From NCBI GenBank assembly GCA_026397015.1, contig JAPLVR010000002.1:1-50917 (forward strand): a DNA stretch of 50,917 nucleotides. Direction: 5' to 3'. Shown piece after piece: positions 27,207 through 36,579 of this stretch. Positions within the stretch are counted from its first letter, which is position 1, and the number at the start of each line of letters is the position of its first letter. The notes beneath the pieces are model-generated. The model was not told the origin of the DNA, made no database searches, and saw only the letters and a list, made by a program, of their open reading frames with translations. Origin of the DNA: Candidatus Iainarchaeum sp. Its GTDB lineage: Archaea > Iainarchaeota > Iainarchaeia > Iainarchaeales > JAAZKV01. A program made the position numbers and the translations under genes.

Positions 27207-29083
27207 TGCCGGTTTCCCCCTATTTCTTTTTTTAACAGTTCGCTGAGCATTTTTCCGTCCGTTCCCCGCAGTGCGGGGTCTTTCATCAAATCCCCCATTA
27301 ATGGTTTTATCGCATCCATGCCTCTCGCTTTCACAAGCGCCGCGTTTTTTTCAACAACTTCCCTTATTTTTGCCCCGATTTCCTTTTCATCAATTTTTTT
27401 CTGGCCCGAAATTATTTCCTGCGCGCTTTTTCCCCTGCTTAGCTCAATTATTGCCTGCCTCAAATGGCTCTTTCCTATTTTTTCTTTCGCCTCCGCAACA
27501 AGGAGTTCTTTTATTTCTTTCAAATTTATTTCGTCAGTGTTAATCCCCTCTCTTTTCAGTTCAACAAGAAGTTCAAGCAGGAGCGCCGCGCTTGTTTTCG
27601 GATTCGCGCCGCTTTCAACCGCCTCTTCAAAGAACCGTGCATAGTTGCTCAGCTTCATCTTTTCGGCAAGCTGTTCGCTTAAACCCGATTTAATGTAATG
27701 TTTTTTCCTCTGCTCCGCGCTTTTCGGCAGCTTTTTTCTGATTTCCTTCAGCAACTTTTCGGAAATTTCCTCTTCGTGCAAATCCGTTTCAGGGTACATT
27801 CTCGCTTCTCCTGCAAGCGGCCTTTGGTATTCGGATGAGCCGTCTTCAAGCGCTCCGCGGGTTTCTTCCGGCACCCTCTCGAACGCTATAAGAATTCTTT
27901 TTTTGATTTCTTCGAATGCCCTTTCCGCTTTTTCTTTTTCCGCGGCTATTATTATGAATGAGTCATTTTTGTTGCATTCGAGTTCGTTGAGCACTGTTTC
28001 GACTTCGCTTTCCGAGATTCCGTATGCGGGCAATTCATCCCTGTGCAGCAGCCCGGAAACTCCAGCCGCTTTTGCACAGTTGCTGAGCTCCGTTCCAAAC
28101 CTTTTCGCGCCGACTTTTGTCCCCAAAATTCCCTTCATTTCTTTTAGCCTCATTCCAAACCATTTTTTTCCCCTCACGAATTTGGCCTCGGTGTTTGCGA
28201 ATGCATCGGAAATTTCTTTCGGCGCGCCGAAGATGTTTTGCGTATCCGGTTGTTTTGTTTTTTGTGATGCAAAGCTTTGGCAGAGTTTTTTCTTTAATTC
28301 GAGCAGGTCCAGCTGCCTTTCCACTTCCTTTTCAACAACCGTTCCGAGCAGTTCCAGTTCCTGGCACCCTTTTATTTCGCATCTCGCCCCATTGGCGATG
28401 GAAATATTTACATCCTGCCTTATAGTGCCTTTTCCCCTTTTCGTCCTTCCCGTAAGCCTCATTATTTCCCCGATTTTTCCCGCAACCTCGGCCGTTTCCT
28501 CCGGGCTTTTTATGTCCGGCGCAGTGGTAAATTCAACCAGCGGTATCCCGAGTCTGTCGAGATTATAGTGCACCATGCCGTGCTCTTTTTTTATGGGCCG
28601 TGCGGCGTCCTCTTCCAGCACAATCTGTTCGACACCTATTTTTTTCCCGTTCACTTCAAGCGAGCCGCCGAGCGAAACCAGCATCGTCCTTTGAAAAGCG
28701 GAAGTGTTGCTCCCGTCAATAACCGTTTTTCTCATCACGATTGCTTTGCTCACTGGGCTGCTTTCGCACAGCAGCGCAATCTCAAGCGCCGTTTCCAAGG
28801 CCGTTTTATTGAGGGGCTGCGGCGGCTCCTCATCGATTTCAATCAGTGAAATGTTTTCGGTATTTCCGGAATAGTGGAAGGTCTCCCCGCGCCTGAACGC
28901 ATCGATGGCCGCGCGGTCGAATTCCCCCAATTCTGAGGCAACCGGCCTCAGCTTTCTCTCAACGGTAAAGTTCAATTCGTCGCTCAGAACGCTTTTGTTC
29001 CTGATGAAAAGCTTTCCGGTGTCGAGCTGTTGATGCACTTCCAAGCCGCATTTGAAGCCGAGTTTTTGGCAATCGGTTTGCAT
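27203..29083 (-). CDS. gatE: Glu-tRNA(Gln) amidotransferase subunit E
   Basis: GLEVHQQL, RKTVIDGSNTSAFQRT, LEEDAAR, LDRLGIPL, GTIRQDVNISI, RMYPETD. Confidence 0.96.
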   Translation of the reverse strand: MQTDCQKLGFKCGLEVHQQLDTGKLFIRNKSVLSDELNFTVERKLRPVASELGEFDRAAIDAFRRGETFHYSGNTENISLIEIDEEPPQPLNKTALETALEIALLCESSPVSKAIVMRKTVIDGSNTSAFQRTMLVSLGGSLEVNGKKIGVEQIVLEEDAARPIKKEHGMVHYNLDRLGIPLVEFTTAPDIKSPEETAEVAGKIGEIMRLTGRTKRGKGTIRQDVNISIANGARCEIKGCQELELLGTVVEKEVERQLDLLELKKKLCQSFASQKTKQPDTQNIFGAPKEISDAFANTEAKFVRGKKWFGMRLKEMKGILGTKVGAKRFGTELSNCAKAAGVSGLLHRDELPAYGISESEVETVLNELECNKNDSFIIIAAEKEKAERAFEEIKKRILIAFERVPEETRGALEDGSSEYQRPLAGEARMYPETDLHEEEISEKLLKEIRKKLPKSAEQRKKHYIKSGLSEQLAEKMKLSNYARFFEEAVESGANPKTSAALLLELLVELKREGINTDEINLKEIKELLVAEAKEKIGKSHLRQAIIELSRGKSAQEIISGQKKIDEKEIGAKIREVVEKNAALVKARGMDAIKPLMGDLMKDPALRGTDGKMLSELLKKEIGGNRQ

Positions 29084-29171
29084 TAAGAAATTAGGGCAGA
29101 AAGGAATTAAAATAAGTGCAGTGGCGCCCGCACTGGCGGGTTATTTATTCCTTTCCAGGGAAAGTCCTTTC

Positions 29172-30455
29172 ATGGTTGTGGAAGTTGGAGTCGGATTGAT
29201 TGGCTTTGGAACAATCGGTTCCGGCGTTGCGGAAATAATTTCAAAAAACGCCGGCTTGATTGAGAAACGCACGGGCGTTCGCATAGTTCTCAGGGCAGTT
29301 TGCGATAGGTCCGCGGAAAAAATAAAGCTGCCTGGAATCGACAAAAAAATTTTTACAGCCGATTACAAAAAGGTTATTGCGAATAAGGAAGTGGATGTTG
29401 TTGTTGAGCTGATTGGCGGCTACGAGCCCGCGCGCACCATTATTCTGGAAGCGATTGCGGCAAAGAAGCACATTGTTACGGCGAACAAGGCGGTGCTCGC
29501 AAAATTCGGCTACGAGATTTTTGAGAGGGCGCAGAAAAACAATGTCAATGTTTTGTTTGAGGCGGCTGTCGGCGGGTGCATTCCGGTAATAAAAACTATT
29601 GAAGAGAGCTATTCTTCCGACAGCATCCGGGCAATTTACGGAATCCTTAACGGCACGACAAATTATATTCTTACCAAAATGGGCGAAGGGATGGATTACA
29701 GGGAAGCGTTGAAGGGGGCGCAGGAATTTGGTTTCGCGGAGGCGGACCCTTCTTTTGACGTTGAGGGGAAAGATGCCGCGCAAAAGATTTCCATTCTGGC
29801 GTCGCTTGCTTTCGATGCAAGGATTGAGGGCGAGCCCCTCACTCGCGGAATAACAGACATAACAAAAAAAGATATAGAATATGCGAGGGAACTCGGCTAT
29901 GCCATCAAGCTTTTGGCGGTAGCAAAAAGGGAGGGCGGCCTTATCGACCTGAGGGTTCACCCTGCAATGATTCCAATCAGTCACATCCTTGCGGATGTGG
30001 GCAACGAGGATAATGCGGTTCTTTTGGTCGGCAAGAACGCCGGCCAGATTTTTCTTTCGGGCAAGGGCGCCGGCCGGCTTCCGACCGCGACTGTTGTTGT
30101 CACCGATATTGTCGAGATGGGTTCGCGAGGAAGGATAACGCAAAGGAATTTTGAGAAGGCGAAAATGAAGCCGCTGTCGCAGATGAGGTCGCGTTATTTT
30201 GTCAGATTTGGTGTTGTTGACAAACCGGGCGTGCTGGCTATGATAACGAAGATTCTTGGTGATGCCGCAATTTCTATTGCGGCTTTTTCCCAAAAGGAGG
30301 TGAATAGGGAAGTTGTTCCGATTGTTCTTCTCACCCATGAAGCTTTTGAAGAGCAAATGATGAAAGCGGTTTCCCTGTGCAACAAGCTTGATGTTGTGAG
30401 GGAAGAAGCTGTTGTAATTAGGATAGAAGACCTCGCCCAACCGCTGTTGGATTAG
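29172..30455 (+). CDS. hom: Homoserine dehydrogenase with C-terminal ACT domain
   Basis: GFGTIG, VTANK, FEAAVGGCIP, GILNGTTNYIL, EADPSFDVEG.DAAQK; ACT domain DKPGVLA. Confidence 0.94.
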   Translation: MVVEVGVGLIGFGTIGSGVAEIISKNAGLIEKRTGVRIVLRAVCDRSAEKIKLPGIDKKIFTADYKKVIANKEVDVVVELIGGYEPARTIILEAIAAKKHIVTANKAVLAKFGYEIFERAQKNNVNVLFEAAVGGCIPVIKTIEESYSSDSIRAIYGILNGTTNYILTKMGEGMDYREALKGAQEFGFAEADPSFDVEGKDAAQKISILASLAFDARIEGEPLTRGITDITKKDIEYARELGYAIKLLAVAKREGGLIDLRVHPAMIPISHILADVGNEDNAVLLVGKNAGQIFLSGKGAGRLPTATVVVTDIVEMGSRGRITQRNFEKAKMKPLSQMRSRYFVRFGVVDKPGVLAMITKILGDAAISIAAFSQKEVNREVVPIVLLTHEAFEEQMMKAVSLCNKLDVVREEAVVIRIEDLAQPLLD

Positions 30456-30500
30456 CGCTCTCTGATTTTAAAAAGTTAGTAAATATTTGGCGGCAAATTA

Positions 30501-30866
30501 TTAGCAGTAATACCCGTAGTAGCCGCATGCCGACCCGCGCGTGTATGAGAAGCCGTAGCCGTCGTTGTAAAACGATATTGTGCTGTAATTTGAGTAAGAC
30601 GGGTAGGAATAATAGCTGTTATAATAAGACGGCGTGTAGTAGGTAGTCGCAGGGTAGTAATAGTTGTAGCCGTAAACCCCGTAATAAGGGTAGTAGTGGT
30701 TGTATGTGTAAGCTTGGGCAGGGGTCGAATAATAGACACTCGGTTTGTAATTGTTAGTGTAATAGTACTGATTGTAGCCGCTAAATCCTGAATAAGCAAA
30801 CGCTCCGCTAACCATCAGTACAAGCATAAGAATTACTGAATAACCCACACGCTTCGTATTACTCAT
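30501..30866 (-). CDS. Secreted tyrosine-rich low-complexity protein
   Basis: Signal peptide ending AFA; 35 Tyr in about 97 mature residues (hand count). Confidence 0.75.
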   Translation of the reverse strand: MSNTKRVGYSVILMLVLMVSGAFAYSGFSGYNQYYYTNNYKPSVYYSTPAQAYTYNHYYPYYGVYGYNYYYPATTYYTPSYYNSYYSYPSYSNYSTISFYNDGYGFSYTRGSACGYYGYYC

Positions 30867-30978
30867 AACATATTACCTGCACCACAAATATATAAACCTT
30901 TTGTTAACCGTAAAAAGTTAACTAATCCTCTTCTTCCCTATTAAAATCGCTTATTTTGCTATTTTTTAGCTTGTTTTT

Positions 30979-32301
30979 CTACATTTCCGGTTTGTAGGTG
31001 TCTGTCCGGCTGAAATCGGTTATTTCGCCCCTCAAATTAATGTTTAGCTTTTGCTCCACTTCTTTTTTGCCGTAATTTCCCAAGAGCCATGAAAGCTTTA
31101 TGAAAGCCGTTTCCGGCAGCATATCTTCGCAGTAAATTACCCCTGTAGAAGCCACCTTTCTCAGGTTTGTGTAAACGCTTGGGTGCACCCTTCCGTTTAT
31201 GCATTGCGAGGTCATCCCCACAACACACCCTGATTCAACCAGCTTTGCAATTTCTTTTACAAATTCATCATTCTTTCCGATTGGCGTGTGGCCCAATCCG
31301 GTGCCCTCAAGTATGAGCCCCCTATATTTTTCCTTCATGTAAAATTCAATTATTTTTTTTGATATTCCGGGGTACATTTTCACTATTCCCACTTTTTCCT
31401 CGAACTTATCTTTCAACAAAAATTTTTCTTTTTGTGTTACATAACTCTTTTTGTCTTTCAGCCACTTTATTTCTTTTGTCCGGTAATTCACAAGCGCAAT
31501 CGGCGTGTCGTTTATCGCTTTGAAAGCGTCCCTGCGCGATGTGTGCATCTTCCTCGTTTTTGCCGCGGGTAAAATTGCGCAGTCGTTGTCGCTTGTGGAA
31601 TTGTGCATGCACACTGCGACTCCTTTGAAATCGCTTTTCGCAATAAATGCCGCCGCGCAAATCAGGTTCATTCCCGCGTCGCTGCTTCCCCTGTCGCTGC
31701 TCCTTTGCGCGCCCACAATCAAAACCGGAACCGGGCAATTTTCAAGCATGAAAGCAAGTGCCGCCGCGCTATACCCAAGCGTGTCTGTTCCGTGACCAAT
31801 AATAATTCCTCTGGCTCCTTTTTTTATTTCTCCTTCGACAGCTTTTGCGATTTTTTGGTAATCTTTAATTGTCATGTCCTCCGACATCATGTTGCTGACA
31901 AAAACCGATTCGATGTTTGCAATGTCAAACAATTCCGGAAACATCGTCACCAAATCTTCGACATTGAAAGAGGCATATACTCCGCCCGTCGCATAATTTA
32001 CGCGCGAGGCGATCGTTCCTCCGGTGTGGAGGATTGAGATGCGCGACAGCCCCTCCTTTTTTGGAACACTGACTGTTTTCGGCTTTCCAACGCTTTTGCT
32101 CTCGCCCAGCTTTTCAAGGCTCTTTATTTTTGAAGGGTCGAAGCCGGCGTTGTAACCGGAGGCCATCTTTATCATCAGTTCCTTGCTCCGCGAAGGAATT
32201 ACCGTTCCTTCCACAATTTTTCCCTCAAAATTAAACCTTACAAGCGAGCCTTCTTTCTTGTCATTTTTCAGGTTTTTATTTTTGGGGCCTTTCGGTTTCA
32301 T
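30979..32301 (-). CDS. gatD: Glu-tRNA(Gln) amidotransferase subunit D
   Basis: SGYNAG N-domain, TGGTIAS, HGTDT, QRSSDR, KMHTSRRDAF. Confidence 0.96.
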   Translation of the reverse strand: MKPKGPKNKNLKNDKKEGSLVRFNFEGKIVEGTVIPSRSKELMIKMASGYNAGFDPSKIKSLEKLGESKSVGKPKTVSVPKKEGLSRISILHTGGTIASRVNYATGGVYASFNVEDLVTMFPELFDIANIESVFVSNMMSEDMTIKDYQKIAKAVEGEIKKGARGIIIGHGTDTLGYSAAALAFMLENCPVPVLIVGAQRSSDRGSSDAGMNLICAAAFIAKSDFKGVAVCMHNSTSDNDCAILPAAKTRKMHTSRRDAFKAINDTPIALVNYRTKEIKWLKDKKSYVTQKEKFLLKDKFEEKVGIVKMYPGISKKIIEFYMKEKYRGLILEGTGLGHTPIGKNDEFVKEIAKLVESGCVVGMTSQCINGRVHPSVYTNLRKVASTGVIYCEDMLPETAFIKLSWLLGNYGKKEVEQKLNINLRGEITDFSRTDTYKPEM

Positions 32302-32405
32302 GGACAATATTATTGGATGAGCAATGTTTTTATAGCAATTCGTAGAAAATGGCGCGCAACTCCACGTCGGGCAGGTTTAAATACTAGTTTTGCTTTTTTG
32401 TTACC

Positions 32406-33341
32406 ATGGTGCTGCTTTCAATAAAAAATGTCTCGAAAATTTACGGCCAAAAGAAAGTGCTTGACAATATTTCTTTTGATATTTTGGAGGGCGAAATTTT
32501 CGGCTTGCTCGGAAGCAACGGCGCCGGAAAGAGCACGCTGATGAGCATAATACTCGGGTTGAATGAGCCTGACAGCGGCGAGATTTCTGTTTTCGGCAGC
32601 GCCAAAATCCATGATTCAATAAAAAAAATTTCTTTGGTGCCGCAGGACCCGGCTTTTTATGCGGATTTTTCGGTTGAAAAAAATATGCATTTTTTCGGCA
32701 GTATAAACGGCCTCGGCGGCGCAGTTCTCGAAGACAGAATAAATTTTTTGTTGAAGTGGTTGGAGCTGGAAGAATTCAGGGAAACAACGGCGGATTTTTT
32801 GAGCGGAGGCTATCAGCGCCTGCTAAATATTGCCCTTTCTCTCATTCACGACCCTTTGCTTATTTTTATGGACGAGCCTACCGCCGGTCTCGACCCGAAA
32901 ATGAGGCAGATGTTCTGGAGTAAAATAAGGGAGCTGAAAAAAAGCGGCAAAACAGTAATCATAACGACTCATTACATGGATGAGGCAGAGGCTCTTTGTA
33001 CGCGTATTGCACTTCTGAAAAAGGGCGCCCTGTTGAGTATCGGTACGCCGGAAGAACTGATAAGGCAATACGGCGGAATAAAAGTTGTGATTTTTAAGAT
33101 GGAAAAAAATGTTTCGCAGGCGGACATTGAGAGCATAAAGAAAGCGTTGAAACAGGAAAGCGTTATTGAGCGCGGCAATCTTTTGATAATTCCGCTGCAG
33201 CAGGCGCACAGCGTTGAAAAAATTGCCGCCATAACCCAGTGGCTCATTGACAAAGGTTACAATATCCTTTCAGCCATGACAAAAGAGCCCGATTTGGAGG
33301 ATGTTTTCCTAAATATTACCGGGGAGAAAATGGTTGTATAA
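32406..33341 (+). CDS. ABC-2 type transporter ATP-binding protein
   Basis: GSNGAGKST, LSGGYQR, MDEPTAGLDP, TTHYM. Confidence 0.95.
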   Translation: MVLLSIKNVSKIYGQKKVLDNISFDILEGEIFGLLGSNGAGKSTLMSIILGLNEPDSGEISVFGSAKIHDSIKKISLVPQDPAFYADFSVEKNMHFFGSINGLGGAVLEDRINFLLKWLELEEFRETTADFLSGGYQRLLNIALSLIHDPLLIFMDEPTAGLDPKMRQMFWSKIRELKKSGKTVIITTHYMDEAEALCTRIALLKKGALLSIGTPEELIRQYGGIKVVIFKMEKNVSQADIESIKKALKQESVIERGNLLIIPLQQAHSVEKIAAITQWLIDKGYNILSAMTKEPDLEDVFLNITGEKMVV

Positions 33342-33375
33342 AATCTGAAGCCGATTTTAAGCTGTGTGATGAAAA

Positions 33376-35277
33376 ATGAGACTGATAGATATTATTTGGA
33401 AGGAAATTTCCCTGATAAAGAGCCAGAAGATTGCGCTTCTGCTGATTTTCATTTATCCGTTCATCGCAATTGGCCTGCTCGGCTCTTCATTTGCGGGCAT
33501 AACTGCGCCCGACCACATAAGTGTCGGGATAGTGAACGAACTTTCCTTCGATTCCAATATGCTTGGAAAAATAGGGGTGATCAAAGAGCTTTCAATTTTG
33601 AATTTCGACGATGTGAATTCGATGGTTTCCGCGGTGAAGCGGAAAGAAATAATGGTCGGGATGAAGCTTTCTTCCGAATCGCCGTATTCAAAAATGAGGA
33701 TTGATCTTTACTACGACAATTCAAATCTTCTGGCATCACAATTTTTTCTTCAAATAGCGCAGGCGATGATAAGAAATATTACAGTAAGCGCCGCGCAGGA
33801 GAAAATGTCCAGCATCTGGGAAACAATTTCAAGTCTTGGGGCGAGCATAAATTCGGAAGTCGCGAATGTCAGGGAATTTCAGAAAAAGTTAGATTCGTCC
33901 GGAGAGGCGCTTCAAAAGCTCGAAGATGACCTGGCGGCGATAGATTTTACGGAGATTGAGGGCGTCCTCAACCAGCAAAAGGGCGCAATTTCAGGCATGC
34001 AGTCCGACAGCGCCCAGTTCAAAAAGGATTTTGCGGAATTTAAGGCGTCTTTTATTACAATGAAATCGGACATTCTTGCATTGAAACCCACACTTACTTC
34101 ATACAAAAGCTCCATTGAATCAACGGCTTCCCAGCTTTCCGCTTCCATAAGTTCGATTGATTCGATTATTGCAAGTCTTGAATCGGTTAAGGCGTCCAGC
34201 CCGGTCGTTATTGGCGCCGCGATTTCCGAGCTCCAAAAAAATCGGGCGCAGCTTGTAAGCTACAGGAACAGTCTGACACAGGCCATCGCCTCAATTTCCC
34301 AGGTAGAATCGAATTTTGCAAAAATAGAAGATTCAATAAAAAAGGCGGACGCATTGTTTGCGAAAGTTGACGCGACAATGGGCGGGCTTGATTCGCAGAT
34401 GTCCTCCTCTTCGACAGCAATTTCGACCGTGAGCGCAAAGCTCCAGCTTTTCAAGGATTCCATTGATGAGGTAAAAAATCTGATAACCGAGGCGAAAAAA
34501 TCAAAAGCGGAAATAAGCGCAAAGCTTGCCGAATCCGAACAATTGCTTTCATCTTTTTCAATTAAGCTTTCGGACTTTAAAAAAATAGACCCTTCAACTC
34601 TTGTGCAGCCCGCGGTTTTTTTCGAGAACAGGGTTTATGACGTTGACCCGTTCGGAATTCTTGCTTCCAATGTGCTGGTAATCGTTCTGATAATGACATG
34701 CATGCTTCTCACTTCAATACTCATAATTCTTGAAAGGACCCAAAACGTTTCGCTTAGAATGCGGCTGAGCCCGACAAGCAAGGCTTATTTGCTCGCCGGT
34801 AAAATAGTCGGTCAGCTTATTATTGCGATGATTGAGGCGGGAATAATTTTCGGGGTGGCGTTTGCAAAAATTCCGCTTCCGTTCCCGATTTTCGGGATTT
34901 CATTCCTTGGTTTCGGCTTGCACTCAATTGTTTCTCTTCCGGAACTCTTTGCCGCGGTCGTATTAATTTCTCTCGCCTTCATTTCTTTCGGGATGCTGAT
35001 TGCTTTTTTTGCAAAAAGCCAGTCTACCGCAATTCTCGCTTCCCTCCTAATTATTGTTCCGATGCTTTTCCTTAGCGGGGCAATACTTCCAATAGAATTC
35101 ATGAAGCCTTTCATGCAGCTTGTGAGCCGCGCAATGCCGCTTACCGCCGCAAATAATCTTCTCATATCCTTGGTTGTAAAAGGCGCGCCGATAATGGATT
35201 CTGCAGTTGAAATTGCGATTCTTGCCGGATTAATACTTTTGGTCTTCTGCCTGGTCGCGGTAAAAAAAGAATATTGA
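33376..35277 (+). CDS. ABC-2 permease with long extracytoplasmic coiled coil (YhgE/Pip-like)
   Basis: N-terminal TM, about 280-residue Ser-rich helical insert, C-terminal ABC-2 membrane domain (LER, GKI, FLSGAILP). Confidence 0.85.
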   Translation: MRLIDIIWKEISLIKSQKIALLLIFIYPFIAIGLLGSSFAGITAPDHISVGIVNELSFDSNMLGKIGVIKELSILNFDDVNSMVSAVKRKEIMVGMKLSSESPYSKMRIDLYYDNSNLLASQFFLQIAQAMIRNITVSAAQEKMSSIWETISSLGASINSEVANVREFQKKLDSSGEALQKLEDDLAAIDFTEIEGVLNQQKGAISGMQSDSAQFKKDFAEFKASFITMKSDILALKPTLTSYKSSIESTASQLSASISSIDSIIASLESVKASSPVVIGAAISELQKNRAQLVSYRNSLTQAIASISQVESNFAKIEDSIKKADALFAKVDATMGGLDSQMSSSSTAISTVSAKLQLFKDSIDEVKNLITEAKKSKAEISAKLAESEQLLSSFSIKLSDFKKIDPSTLVQPAVFFENRVYDVDPFGILASNVLVIVLIMTCMLLTSILIILERTQNVSLRMRLSPTSKAYLLAGKIVGQLIIAMIEAGIIFGVAFAKIPLPFPIFGISFLGFGLHSIVSLPELFAAVVLISLAFISFGMLIAFFAKSQSTAILASLLIIVPMLFLSGAILPIEFMKPFMQLVSRAMPLTAANNLLISLVVKGAPIMDSAVEIAILAGLILLVFCLVAVKKEY

Positions 35278-35329
35278 CTGCAAAGCACGCAGTTTTGCGA
35301 CCGACGGCGCGGCATTTGAAAGCAGCGTT

Positions 35330-36286
35330 TTAGCAGGCGCCTTCATACGAGTCTTTTATGCAGTAAGTTTGTTCGCTGCTGAAGGGCTCAAAATTTTTTC
35401 CCTGCATTGCTGTTTCCCATGCGGAAGCGCACTCGTACGCCTGGGAACAGCCGGTGCAGTAATGCATTTCCTGAAATTTTTGAGGTTCCGTTCCGACCAT
35501 TGCAAAAGTTTGTGATGGTTTGTCCGCATCTGTTTTACAGTCTTGTCCGGCGTCAATATCAAAAATCAAAAAGTTTTCGTCATACCCTGCGTTTTCCCCC
35601 TCAAACTTGAAAGCCGCCTTGTATGTGCCTGACATTTTGAAATTTATTTCCCATTGGAAATTGTAGTCATTATTAGGCGGAATTAATTTTACTTCCTGCG
35701 AATCAAAATTTCTGTCGAGTTCAGCCCACTGACTCTCGCTTCCCTTATACAGTCTTAAACTGTTGACTCCGAACGCGAGAAGCTTGTTGCTCCTGTTTGA
35801 AGCCGTCACCTTTATTTTCACGTTGCCGCTTTTGTTTTCCAGCAGCCCAACCTTTTTTATTTCAGCCTGTGCAGGAAGTTCCCCAAAATAAATTCTGCAA
35901 ACTGGCAGCGTTTCGTTCATTATGCACCTCACATTTGCCTCGATGCTTTGGATTTTTTTAAATTCTATTCTTTCATAATCCCAGTAAATTTTTCCGTTGC
36001 AGCGTTCCTTCATCGGACAGCATTTGTCCGGCGAGTTGCATTCGACCGCGACAGAAATTTTTCCGCGCTCGAATTCGGTTTTGCTTATTGTGTTTTCATT
36101 CATTATTGTTCTGCTTCCTATGCGCACCGTCTTGCCGAGGTACATCGGCGTTTGGGCTAGTTCCAGTGCCCCGCTTATTTCTTTTGACAAATTCGGTTGC
36201 GGAAAATAAACCCGGTAGATTCCGAAGAAGACCAGCAGCAGTGCGAGCGCAGCAATCGCGTAAACAACTATGTCAAACGGTTTCAT
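35330..36286 (-). CDS. Membrane-anchored extracellular protein, Cys-rich
   Basis: N-terminal TM helix, beta-rich CARDB-like middle, Cys clusters. Confidence 0.7.
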   Translation of the reverse strand: MKPFDIVVYAIAALALLLVFFGIYRVYFPQPNLSKEISGALELAQTPMYLGKTVRIGSRTIMNENTISKTEFERGKISVAVECNSPDKCCPMKERCNGKIYWDYERIEFKKIQSIEANVRCIMNETLPVCRIYFGELPAQAEIKKVGLLENKSGNVKIKVTASNRSNKLLAFGVNSLRLYKGSESQWAELDRNFDSQEVKLIPPNNDYNFQWEINFKMSGTYKAAFKFEGENAGYDENFLIFDIDAGQDCKTDADKPSQTFAMVGTEPQKFQEMHYCTGCSQAYECASAWETAMQGKNFEPFSSEQTYCIKDSYEGAC

Positions 36287-36516
36287 CTTTTAGGCCACCT
36301 TTTCTCCGGTTCAATTGCTTTTACCTGCTGGTTTAGAACCCACTTTAATATTCCCGCGACCGCAAAAACGAATGCGAAAACGGCAATATAGCTGATCCAG
36401 TCATCCTGGTAAAAGAAAGAGTCCATGAATTCGCCCGCCCACAGTTTGAAGTTGAAAATCGCCCACGAAACGAAAAGTATTCCGGCGATAAGAAAAACCC
36501 ATTTCAGTTTGCCCAT
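36283..36516 (-). CDS. Small two-TM membrane protein
   Basis: Two hydrophobic segments; ATGA overlap with the downstream gene. Confidence 0.7.
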   Translation of the reverse strand: MGKLKWVFLIAGILFVSWAIFNFKLWAGEFMDSFFYQDDWISYIAVFAFVFAVAGILKWVLNQQVKAIEPEKRWPKR

Positions 36517-36579
36517 AACAGAACAACAGTGAAGTAATACTTAAATTTTATTGTTTGTTTGTTTTCAGAATTCGCCTTC

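Noticed and set aside
29241-30440. 399-aa ORF antisense to hom, and similar shadow ORFs (for example 27903-28568, 40359-41078, 47938-48606)
   Set aside because: They overlap well-supported genes on the opposite strand and have no recognisable motifs.
30476-30799. Thr-rich ORF overlapping the Tyr-rich gene
   Set aside because: Alternative frame of TAC/TAT-rich sequence; the Tyr frame has the signal peptide and an AGGT RBS.
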